From positions 1 through 49,271 of the forward strand of contig JAZPZP010000029.1 in the NCBI GenBank assembly GCA_045544695.1: a stretch of DNA of 49,271 bases, written 5' to 3'. The notes under the pieces were generated by a model, which worked only from the letters and a program-made list of their open reading frames with translations, had not been told where the DNA came from and searched no databases. Positions 1 through 7,187 of the stretch are shown here, piece after piece; position 1 is the first letter of the stretch, and each line of letters begins with the position of its first letter. The stretch is from Eubacteriales bacterium. Its GTDB lineage: Bacteria > Bacillota > Clostridia > Oscillospirales > JAAYXM01. The translations under genes were made by a program, and so were the position numbers.

Positions 1-257
1 TTTTCTTCATTCGGCTCTAAACAATCCTTTTTAAAAATAAAACTAAAAACCTTGATTTCATTTTCTTCAAGAATTTTACAAGTTTTTTCACCCGCCACAG
101 CAAAAGTATTTTCATCAGCTATAACAAACACTTTTTTTGCGTTAAATTTTCCAACCAACTGTGGTAATTGCTTTATTGCACCTTTGAATGATATAACTTC
201 AGATTCAAACGTATGTGCTTTTCCACAGCTACATTGTTTTGTGTTCATCAAATTCAT
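1..257 (-). CDS. Iron-containing alcohol dehydrogenase family protein, sn-glycerol-1-phosphate dehydrogenase (AraM/EgsA)-like. Only the N-terminal 85 codons are present; the gene runs off the left edge.
   Basis: Absent from the ORF track because it is truncated. The reverse complement from ATG 257 reads MNLMNTKQCSCGKAHTFESEVISFKGAIKQLPQLVGKFNAKKVFVIADENTFAVAGEKTCKILEENEIKVFSFIFKKDCLEPNEE without a stop. A CxCGKxH start followed by KKvfvIaDenT..aG is typical of G1PDH-like Fe-ADH proteins. The + strand ORF 52..261 is its antisense shadow. Confidence 0.55.
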   Translation of the reverse strand, partial: MNLMNTKQCSCGKAHTFESEVISFKGAIKQLPQLVGKFNAKKVFVIADENTFAVAGEKTCKILEENEIKVFSFIFKKDCLEPNEE

Positions 258-317
258 ATAATCACCCTATATAATTTTACTGAAAAGCCAATAAATAATC
301 AACATTTAAAAAACATC

Positions 318-347
318 TAGACAATATAATCATAAATTGATTATAAT
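318..347 (+). promoter_or_regulatory. Putative sigma-A promoter of the DeoR gene (TAGACA-18-TATAAT) with an inverted repeat ATAATCA-N5-TGATTAT (326..344) in the spacer, a candidate DeoR operator.
   Basis: TAGACA at 318-323 and TATAAT at 342-347. A perfect 7-bp inverted repeat lies at 326-332 / 338-344, with a further TGATTG at 350-355. Confidence 0.35.
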
Positions 348-379
348 AATGATTGAATTATGGAATGAGGTGATTATTT

Positions 380-1078
380 ATGTCAATACATAACAGAGAA
401 GAACTGTATGAAAAACTCTTATCTAAAAAGGAACACACCGTTGAAGAACTGGCAAATAAACTTTTTATAAGCGAACCTACAGTGCGGCGTGATATACTTG
501 TTTTGGAAAAGAAGGATATTATCACACGCAAAAGAGGTAGGGTAAATCTCAAAATAAATTCTGCTGATAAACGCATTCCGTTATTTATTCGCGATATGGA
601 AAACAACCCATCTAAAAGGCAAATAGCGCTTAAGGCTTTATCTTACATTAAAGATGGAGATGTTATTATGCTCGATGCATCTACAACAGCATACTGCATA
701 TTGCCGCATCTTGCAAATTTTAAAGAAATTTTCGTAATAACCAACGGAGCAAAAGCAGCTATTGAACTTGCATTAATGGGAATAAAAACCATATGCACGG
801 GCGGCGAGCTTGCCTGTGAATCCTTTTGTTATGTAGGAACGGACGCAGAGAGCGTTTTAAGCCGGTATAATGCCGATATAGCTTTTTTCTCATGCAGGGG
901 GATAACGGATGAAGGAATTGCCACAGATAACTCTGTTTTAGAAAATTCCATGCGCAAAATTATGATGAGAAATTCAAAAAAGAGTTTTCTGCTTTGTGAT
1001 AAAAGTAAGTTTGGTAAAACCTATCTTAACACTCTTTGCAGCGTTGAAGAATTGGACGGGGTTATAACAGATAAGTAA
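380..1078 (+). CDS. DeoR/GlpR family transcriptional regulator
   Basis: N-terminal DeoR-type wHTH (HTVEELANKLFISEPTVRRDILVLEKKDII) and a C-terminal DeoR sugar-phosphate sensor domain (MLDASTTAYCILPHL..VITNG). A GAGGTG SD precedes ATG 380. Confidence 0.85.
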   Translation: MSIHNREELYEKLLSKKEHTVEELANKLFISEPTVRRDILVLEKKDIITRKRGRVNLKINSADKRIPLFIRDMENNPSKRQIALKALSYIKDGDVIMLDASTTAYCILPHLANFKEIFVITNGAKAAIELALMGIKTICTGGELACESFCYVGTDAESVLSRYNADIAFFSCRGITDEGIATDNSVLENSMRKIMMRNSKKSFLLCDKSKFGKTYLNTLCSVEELDGVITDK

Positions 1079-1081
1079 TAT

Positions 1082-1132
1082 AAAGGACATATCTTGATAA
1101 GTAATTTCTACTCATTTAAGATATGTCCTTTT
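1082..1132. terminator. Bidirectional hairpin between the convergent DeoR gene and spoIVB
   Basis: aaaggacatatctt (1082-1095) pairs with aagatatgtcctttt (1118-1132), with A/T runs on both flanks. Confidence 0.5.
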
Positions 1133-1139
1133 AAGTTAT

Positions 1140-2213
1140 TTATTTTTCTGCCTCAGACAGCATATTCTCTATAAAGATACCGTATCCCTTACACGGATCA
1201 TTTACTAAAACGTGCGTTACCGCGCCGATGAGTTTACCGTTTTGAATTATCGGTGAACCGCTCATTCCCTGAACGATGCCACCGGTTTTTGAAATTAGAT
1301 TTTTATCGGTTATTTTAATTAGCATATTTTTGGTATTCTTTTCCGAATCAGGATAAATTTTTAATATTTCAATCGAATATTCAGAAACATTATTTCCCTC
1401 GATATTGGATAAAATAACAGCAGGCCCTGTTTTTATTTCGGATTTCTTTGCGACGGGGATTTCCGCTTTATTTAAAAATTCCATATCATCTGAAATTTTA
1501 CCGAAAATTCCTGAATTTGTGTTATTAAAAAGAATTCCAAAGTCCTCTTTTAAGTTGTATTCACCCTCGAGCTCGCCCGGAGCACCTTCCTTACCGCGCT
1601 TTACATTGATTACTTTAGACTCCATAACCGAGCCTTCCTTTAATGGAACTAAAACATTTGAATTTGTGTCGCAAATTCCGTGACCCAATGCACCGAAGGT
1701 TTTTGTCTGCTTATCATAGAAGGTTATCGTTCCGATGCCTGCCATACTGTCGCGAATTAAAAGCCCAAGCTTTAATTCACCGTCTTTGTTGCAAACGGGG
1801 GAGAGCGTTATATCTTGCTCCTGTTCGTTTCGCAAAATTGTCAGCGTCACCGTTTTATTATTTGCAATTTTCTTTTGAAAGTCACGGCATTCCGATACAA
1901 CTTCACCATTTATTTTTTTAACGATATCACCTTCGCGAAGCCCCGAAATTTTTGCCGGACTTTCGATTCCTGTTTTTGTTTCAATCTCCGTCGTGCCAAG
2001 GATGAGGACTCCGTCGGCATGCATTTTTATTCCCGTCGTGTGCCCGATCGGAACTAATGATTCCGCATCAAGCGCGAGCGCCGGGAAAAGGAGAATTGAA
2101 ACTGAAATTAAAAATGAAATTATTTTTTTAATAATACCACTCCTTTCTCTTTTAATATGTGCATAGCCGATGAAAGTTAAGAGTGGGAAAACTATGTTTT
2201 CATTCCATTCCAA
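1140..2213 (-). CDS. spoIVB: SpoIVB peptidase (S55 family, PDZ + serine protease), stage IV sporulation signalling protease
   Basis: N-terminal TM segment, a PDZ-like GLREGDIVKKINGEVV, GALGHGICD (catalytic His region) and GMSGSPII (catalytic Ser motif). The start is uncertain: ATG 2213 has no clear SD, and an AAAGGAGTGG SD further in is followed only by ATT codons. Confidence 0.85.
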   Translation of the reverse strand: MEWNENIVFPLLTFIGYAHIKRERSGIIKKIISFLISVSILLFPALALDAESLVPIGHTTGIKMHADGVLILGTTEIETKTGIESPAKISGLREGDIVKKINGEVVSECRDFQKKIANNKTVTLTILRNEQEQDITLSPVCNKDGELKLGLLIRDSMAGIGTITFYDKQTKTFGALGHGICDTNSNVLVPLKEGSVMESKVINVKRGKEGAPGELEGEYNLKEDFGILFNNTNSGIFGKISDDMEFLNKAEIPVAKKSEIKTGPAVILSNIEGNNVSEYSIEILKIYPDSEKNTKNMLIKITDKNLISKTGGIVQGMSGSPIIQNGKLIGAVTHVLVNDPCKGYGIFIENMLSEAEK

Positions 2214-2282
2214 GTTGTAGAATCGGGCAAAGCAGATGTGTTTTAAAATCTTAAATGTTAAAAATTAAATTTAAATTTAAAA

Positions 2283-2316
2283 AATGAAAAATGAGCAGAA
2301 AAATTCTGCTCATTCG
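2283..2316 (-). terminator. Intrinsic terminator of spoIIID
   Basis: atgagcaga / tctgctcat hairpin (2291-2313) overlapping the stop codon, followed by a T-run on the minus strand. Confidence 0.6.
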
Positions 2317-2582
2317 CCTCTGTATTTACGCCGGGTTGCCATTCCTCCGCGCAGATGGCGTTGCGCTTTGTTTTCGTCAAGCACGCGCTTGACAGCAAGG
2401 TACAACTCATAATCGAGCGCTTGCAATCGGTCGGCAATATCCTTATGTACCGTTGACTTCGAGATGTAAAACTTTTTAGCCGCTTCTCTCACGGTGCTTT
2501 TGTTTTCGATAACATAATTTGCGAGGTCAATTACCCGCTCTTCTATATATGTATTAGCCAAAAGGTCACGCCCCCTTGCCAT
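2310..2582 (-). CDS. spoIIID: Sporulation transcriptional regulator SpoIIID
   Basis: IEERVIDLANYVIENKSTVREAAKKFYISKSTVHKDI...AQRHLRGGMATRRKY matches the SpoIIID HTH and the basic C-terminal RHLRGG..T motif. I place the start at the internal ATG 2582 (90 aa), not the track's 2645. Confidence 0.9.
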   Translation of the reverse strand: MARGRDLLANTYIEERVIDLANYVIENKSTVREAAKKFYISKSTVHKDIADRLQALDYELYLAVKRVLDENKAQRHLRGGMATRRKYRGE

Positions 2583-2616
2583 AAACTTACAAATTAAGTT
2601 TATGATTTGTAAATTT

Positions 2617-2649
2617 AAAGTATGACAAGAGGGGAGAGCAATCAAATGC
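2617..2649 (-). promoter_or_regulatory. Possible sigma-E-type promoter for spoIIID (GCATTTG-18-CATACTTT)
   Basis: On the minus strand, CATACTTT (2617-2624) resembles the sigma-E -10 consensus CATACA-T. GCATTTG (2643-2649) lies 18 nt upstream and overlaps the stop of the SWIM gene. spoIIID is sigma-E dependent in B. subtilis. Confidence 0.25.
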
Positions 2650-3457
2650 TTAAGGAGATTTTACCCGTGCCTTTTTTATTTAAAACGGTCAGCATAAATT
2701 CCTCCTTACTGATTGCAATAAAGTAATCATCGTATTCTTTTTCGTAATTATTTAAAACAAATTCAAGCGTCTCGCGAAGCTGAAGCATTGCAGCAAATTC
2801 GTGCTTACAGATGCCACTGCAAAAGCAGGAGCAACGGATATCGCTTATTTGACCTTCAAAGAAATTGAAATCAACCTCGTAAGTATCGCTGCCCGAAACT
2901 ATTGCATAACCGCGACTTCCGTCCACACAGATATAAACTACCTTGTTTGTATTATAGTATTCGTGACCGCGCTCAATAATCTTATTACTTGCCTCCATTT
3001 TCATCAGATTAGAAAGAGGGAAGCTTTTGCTCTCATCACTTCCGGTTACAAAACTCTCTTCGCTTGGTGCTTTGAACCAGGAAACAGCTTTTTCAATTGG
3101 AAGTGTATTGCGGTTAAACGAGACAAGGTGCGAGCCGGCGAAATAAAAGCTTCCGTTTACGCTTGTATCCACGACAGCAATTACTTTTTTGTAGTCTGAG
3201 AGCTTGATTTTAAAGGAATAGTTTATTTCGGTAACCTGACCTCTTGTGCCCGCGCAGCTTCCCTCAACATAAACGAAGTCGCCGACTTTTAAATTAAAAG
3301 AGTCATTATAATAAGAAAAGCTTCTGTGAGTGGAGGGGAAAAACACCTCGACAATTGATTTCTTTACTTCTTTTTCTTCAGGCTGCGGTGTAACCGGAGC
3401 GAGCGATTCTTGCGTTTCTTCAACACCGGAGCTGAACCCAATGGGACATTTTTTCAT
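2642..3457 (-). CDS. Hypothetical protein with a C-terminal SWIM-type zinc finger
   Basis: A CxCx(n)CxH SWIM signature (RCSCFCSGICKHEFAAMLQL) is preceded by beta-rich YICVDGSRGYAIVSGSDTYEVDF. The N-terminal half (IVEVFFPSTHRSFSYYNDSFNLKVGDFVYVEG..GQVTEI) is unassigned. SD GGGAGGTAAAG sits before ATG 3457. Confidence 0.7.
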   Translation of the reverse strand: MKKCPIGFSSGVEETQESLAPVTPQPEEKEVKKSIVEVFFPSTHRSFSYYNDSFNLKVGDFVYVEGSCAGTRGQVTEINYSFKIKLSDYKKVIAVVDTSVNGSFYFAGSHLVSFNRNTLPIEKAVSWFKAPSEESFVTGSDESKSFPLSNLMKMEASNKIIERGHEYYNTNKVVYICVDGSRGYAIVSGSDTYEVDFNFFEGQISDIRCSCFCSGICKHEFAAMLQLRETLEFVLNNYEKEYDDYFIAISKEEFMLTVLNKKGTGKISLSI

Positions 3458-3528
3458 AATCTTTACCTCCCGGATATTATCTTACAATACCATTTTAACA
3501 GGAGAGGTGTCCCATAATACGGACAGTA

Positions 3529-3556
3529 AAAAGCACCGCCTTATGGCGGTGCTTTT
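3529..3556 (-). terminator. Intrinsic terminator after the WYL regulator gene
   Basis: aaaagcaccgcc-ttat-ggcggtgctttt, a GC-rich 8-9 bp stem directly abutting the stop codon, with a T-run on the minus strand. Confidence 0.7.
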
Positions 3557-4536
3557 TAGTTTTCGTAAATATTGCAGATTTCTTTCGCGAGCGTATATAT
3601 TTCATCAATTATATGCTCGGGCGAGATGATTTTCGCTTTATTACCAAAGCTTATTATCCAGGCTAAAAATTGCGGACTGACAGCAACCTTGACTCGGCAG
3701 ATAAAGTGGTCGTCGTCTTTTTTGATAATCGGGATATCGGTGCCGAATCGGTCGAAAACAACGCCCACGAGAGAATTGTGGAATTCTATTGAAACATCGC
3801 ACTCCTCGCCTCCAAACATCTGGAAGGTCGATTTTGAGTATTCGGACAAATCGAACGGCTTATCCGATAAAACCCGTTCATCATCGATTATTTCAATGTT
3901 TTCCATCTTGTCAACGCGATAGTGGACATAGTGGTCGTATTTTTCTTTATATGTAATGAGGTAATAATTCTCATCGTCCCAGGAGAGTGCCACGGGTGAT
4001 TCGGTATATAAATCGCCATCCTTGCGATAAACCTTCTTTTTATCAACGCTTAAGTTAAAATATTTAAAGGTTATCTGTCGATTTGCGGCAATTGCCTCGT
4101 GAATTTTGTCAACATTATAATAAATTTGCTCGTTTACCGTTTTTACTCGGTTTGTTACAAATACCTGACGATGCAGCTTTTTTGCGTTTTCGTGACTTGT
4201 AAGCTTTTCAATTTTAGATATGAGCTCCATACTTTTCTTGTGTGTAATAAATTTTGATGATTGCACACTGTCAACTAAAAGCTTAAGCTCGGGTAATTCA
4301 AAATCGCGGCTGCCGATGTAGTAATCGGTAGTGCGTGATTTGCGCGAGCATAGGTCAAGCCCGTAGAGCCTTAAATATTCGAGATCGTCATAAATGCTTT
4401 TGCGTTCGGCGGAAATCCCGAGGGCATTTAATTCCTCAATCATTTCCGGTACGGTAATTGTATTCTCTTCGTCTGTTTTTTCGAGCAGAATTTTTGCGAG
4501 ATACATAAGCTTTAATTTTTGATGTGATAATTTCAT
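3556..4536 (-). CDS. WYL domain-containing transcriptional regulator (wHTH-WYL-WCX, YafY-like)
   Basis: N-terminal wHTH (MKLSHQKLKLMYLAKILLEKTDEENTITVPEMIEELNALGISAERKSIYDDL). Central WYL-type segment (ITFKYFNLS...VALSWDDENYYLITY...VHYRVDKMENIEI). AGGTGA SD before ATG 4536. Confidence 0.8.
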   Translation of the reverse strand: MKLSHQKLKLMYLAKILLEKTDEENTITVPEMIEELNALGISAERKSIYDDLEYLRLYGLDLCSRKSRTTDYYIGSRDFELPELKLLVDSVQSSKFITHKKSMELISKIEKLTSHENAKKLHRQVFVTNRVKTVNEQIYYNVDKIHEAIAANRQITFKYFNLSVDKKKVYRKDGDLYTESPVALSWDDENYYLITYKEKYDHYVHYRVDKMENIEIIDDERVLSDKPFDLSEYSKSTFQMFGGEECDVSIEFHNSLVGVVFDRFGTDIPIIKKDDDHFICRVKVAVSPQFLAWIISFGNKAKIISPEHIIDEIYTLAKEICNIYEN

Positions 4537-4558
4537 AAATGTCACCTGCAATGTGGTT

Positions 4559-4780
4559 TTAAGAAAATAAATTTCCTATAATGTAAATAACAAGCAAAAC
4601 AAGAATCATAGTTGCCAGACATCCACCGGCCGAGTTTTCACCGGAGTTGCCGGAAGAAGACGGGAGATCATAGAAATCGTCGTACTTGTTTTTGAGGCGA
4701 TGCTCCTGATGGATCATAAACTCGATAAGATCATCATCAGAGTCGCGGTCGCCGTCGCCGTCCCAATCAAAAAATGCCAT
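4559..4780 (-). CDS. 73-aa acidic tail-anchored micro-protein with a DxDxDG (EF-hand/dockerin-like) loop; hypothetical
   Basis: GGAGG SD 8 nt before ATG 4780. The product is MAFFDWDGDGDRDSDDDLIEF... followed by a Ser/Gly linker and the C-terminal hydrophobic helix CLATMILVLLVIYIIGNLF. It ends 22 nt upstream of the WYL gene on the same strand. Confidence 0.5.
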   Translation of the reverse strand: MAFFDWDGDGDRDSDDDLIEFMIHQEHRLKNKYDDFYDLPSSSGNSGENSAGGCLATMILVLLVIYIIGNLFS

Positions 4781-4857
4781 TTCATTTACCTCCATTGAAT
4801 TTCTTTATATTAATTTTAACAATTCCGGTGGGAGATAAAACGGACAGTGACATCTTG

Positions 4858-4886
4858 AGTATAGCATACAAGTTTTTTAAAATCAA
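4858..4886 (-). promoter_or_regulatory. Putative sigma-A promoter of the micro-protein/WYL operon (TTGATT-17-TATACT)
   Basis: On the minus strand, TTGATT is at 4881-4886 and TATACT at 4858-4863, with a 17-nt spacer. Confidence 0.35.
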
Positions 4887-4936
4887 TAAACTTTGCATAT
4901 TCTACGGAAAATCAAAAAATAAAAGTATAATATGCA

Positions 4937-4965
4937 TTGCTTTTTATGTTGCATTTAAATATAAT
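4937..4965 (+). promoter_or_regulatory. Putative sigma-A promoter of the esterase operon (TTGCTT-17-TATAAT)
   Basis: TTGCTT at 4937-4942 and TATAAT at 4960-4965, about 25 nt upstream of the SD and ATG 4991. Confidence 0.4.
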
Positions 4966-4990
4966 TAAAAAAGAACAGGAAGTGAAGAAA

Positions 4991-5845
4991 ATGAAAAAAG
5001 CAGCAGTTTTTATATTGCTCGGTCAGTCTAATGCGGTCGGTCATGGAATACCAATGGCAGACAGAGATAAGATACTGAAGCCTTTGAAAAATGTTTTTGG
5101 TTTATCGAGGACGTTACATCAGTCTTATGATAACAAAAGCCTTGATTGGACGGGCTATACAAGCTTTGACATGAACCTCGCGGAGAGCCAGGATAACACA
5201 TATTCAGTTGCAAACCATCTTGCTAAAATGTGGCAGGATGAGATCGATAGCGGTGTTAATTTGCCGGATTTGCATATCGTTCACATTGCAATCGGCGCAC
5301 AGGGCGTAACCGAAGGATATATGTGGTATCCAAAACGCGAAAAGACAATGAAACCGGGCAGAGTATGGCGCGTTGATATATCAGCCTATCCGTTCTGTAC
5401 ACATATTTTCTCACTTTTAGAGGAAAGCTTTAAAGCACTTAATAAAGAAGCTGAGTATTACTCTCTTCATTGGCGCGGCGGCGAGAATGATTTTTCAGCA
5501 GATGAAGAAAAATTTGCAAAAATTGAAGAAATTTACAATACACTTTTTAATGGTTTTTATGATGCGATAGGAAAGCGAGTTCCGACCGTATTACATAAGT
5601 TTTATTTCAATGCTCTGCATCCGAATGGTAACAAAAACAAAGATGCGTTAAATGAACTTTTTGACAAGTTTGCGCGTGAAAATGACAATATAGAAACCTT
5701 TGATGTAACCGAGTGCCCGTTATGTGCCCCCAATTTACCGCGCGACGGTATTTATATGGACGACTTGGTACATTATACTCCTGAGCTCAATAAATGGGCA
5801 GCGGAGAAAATTTTAGAAGATTATAAAAGAAAGATTTTAGGTTAG
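4991..5845 (+). CDS. Carbohydrate esterase of the sialate O-acetylesterase / DUF303 (GQSN motif) type
   Basis: MKKAAVFILLGQSNAVGHG carries the GQSN nucleophile motif of the SGNH-like DUF303/CE6 esterases, with HWRGGEND further downstream. I start it at ATG 4991 (SD AGGAAGTGAAG) rather than 4937. Confidence 0.65.
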   Translation: MKKAAVFILLGQSNAVGHGIPMADRDKILKPLKNVFGLSRTLHQSYDNKSLDWTGYTSFDMNLAESQDNTYSVANHLAKMWQDEIDSGVNLPDLHIVHIAIGAQGVTEGYMWYPKREKTMKPGRVWRVDISAYPFCTHIFSLLEESFKALNKEAEYYSLHWRGGENDFSADEEKFAKIEEIYNTLFNGFYDAIGKRVPTVLHKFYFNALHPNGNKNKDALNELFDKFARENDNIETFDVTECPLCAPNLPRDGIYMDDLVHYTPELNKWAAEKILEDYKRKILG

Positions 5846-5855
5846 GAGAGATACT

Positions 5856-7154
5856 ATGCGTTTTGGTATTGCGAAGGATATTATTACGCCTGTAAAGCCG
5901 ACGAGAATTGCCTGCTCAGGTCCTTTTGATAAGGATTACATTGCAATTCACGACGATATTTACGTTCGCATCTTGGTGCTTGATGACGGAAACAATAAAA
6001 CGGTTTTAATCGCCTATGATTTACTGTTCCATGACCACAGCTTAAATGACAGAATTGCGGCATATGCAAATGAAAAATACGGCATTGAAAACAGTGCGGT
6101 AATCGCATCGTATTCGCACGCGCACACAACCCCGGCGGTAAAGGGGTATTGCCCCGGTGCACACGACGAGGAATATGAAGAATTTTTAATTGAACGCACA
6201 AAAAATTGCTTGGATCGTGCACTCAGCATTATGTATGACGGATATATCGAATATGGCGCATTTGACGCTGATTTTAACATCAGCCGACGTGGTGTGCGTA
6301 ATGGAGAATTTGCAAACGCGCCCGATGAGAATTACAAGTGCGATAAAGAGTTTTTTGTCCTTTGCGTGCGCGATAACGAAAAAAACATTCGCTCGATTGT
6401 AACAAATTATGCTTGCCATCCTGTTAACTATCCTGCAAAGCAAACGGTGAGTGCTGAGTATCCGGGAAGACTTTGCCAGCATCTGGATATGCATTATTAC
6501 GGCGCTATGTGTATGTTTTTCCAGTCCTCTGGTGCAGATGTAAGACCGAGGCCGACTGTTGACCATGATGAATTAATTCCGGGTTGGCCGTGGAAGAGTC
6601 TTTCCTTCGCTGAGGTCGATAACTTTGCGAAGGATATTGCAAAATCTGTTATCGATTTTGTGGATAGCGGTAAATGCAAAAAAACAGAGGCAAATATCGC
6701 CTCTGATGAATTTGAACTCGAGCTTCCAATTGACGGAAAGCCGTTTTCAGATTTTGAAACAATGTGGAAAGAACGCGAAAATTCCCCTGCAGGACCGGAA
6801 AAAAACCACGCATATAATATTGTAAACGGCGGATATAATAAATTGCTCGACAGCGTATTCTTGCGTTGCCAGACAGTGAAAGTTTCTGATGATTTATATA
6901 TCGCGGCGATGGGTGGAGAGCCGTGTTATCGCGTAAAATGCGCGGTAAGAGAAGCATTCTTCGATAAGGATTTCTGCTTTATCGGGTACACCGATGCGTG
7001 TGCATACATAGTTGATGACCTGGTACTTTCTGAGGGTGGTTATGAACCGAATTCGCATCTCGAATACGGTCTTAAAGGCCCGTTTAAGCCGGGGCTTAAT
7101 AAGGCGTACACCGATGCATTCAAAGCATCGAGAAAGAGAGTTGAAAGCAAATGA
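5856..7154 (+). CDS. Neutral/alkaline ceramidase N-terminal-domain-like hydrolase (function unknown in bacteria)
   Basis: MRFGIAKDIITP...IHDDIYVRILVLDD...YSHAHTTP...NYACHPV follows the spacing of metal-binding His motifs in the ceramidase_alk fold. It starts 10 nt after the esterase stop, so the two are probably co-transcribed. Confidence 0.45.
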   Translation: MRFGIAKDIITPVKPTRIACSGPFDKDYIAIHDDIYVRILVLDDGNNKTVLIAYDLLFHDHSLNDRIAAYANEKYGIENSAVIASYSHAHTTPAVKGYCPGAHDEEYEEFLIERTKNCLDRALSIMYDGYIEYGAFDADFNISRRGVRNGEFANAPDENYKCDKEFFVLCVRDNEKNIRSIVTNYACHPVNYPAKQTVSAEYPGRLCQHLDMHYYGAMCMFFQSSGADVRPRPTVDHDELIPGWPWKSLSFAEVDNFAKDIAKSVIDFVDSGKCKKTEANIASDEFELELPIDGKPFSDFETMWKERENSPAGPEKNHAYNIVNGGYNKLLDSVFLRCQTVKVSDDLYIAAMGGEPCYRVKCAVREAFFDKDFCFIGYTDACAYIVDDLVLSEGGYEPNSHLEYGLKGPFKPGLNKAYTDAFKASRKRVESK

Positions 7155-7185
7155 AAAAGAGCAGGTTTTAAAACCTGCTCTTTTC
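7154..7185. terminator. Bidirectional hairpin between the ceramidase-like gene and oxidoreductase paralog B
   Basis: agagcaggtttt/aaaacctgctct palindrome (7158-7181), flanked by A5 and T4. Confidence 0.65.
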
Positions 7186-7187
7186 TT

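Noticed and set aside
52-261. Track ORF of 69 aa on the + strand at the left edge
   Set aside because: It lies antisense to a much better truncated minus-strand gene (the G1PDH-like start at 257). Its product is low-complexity and it has no SD.
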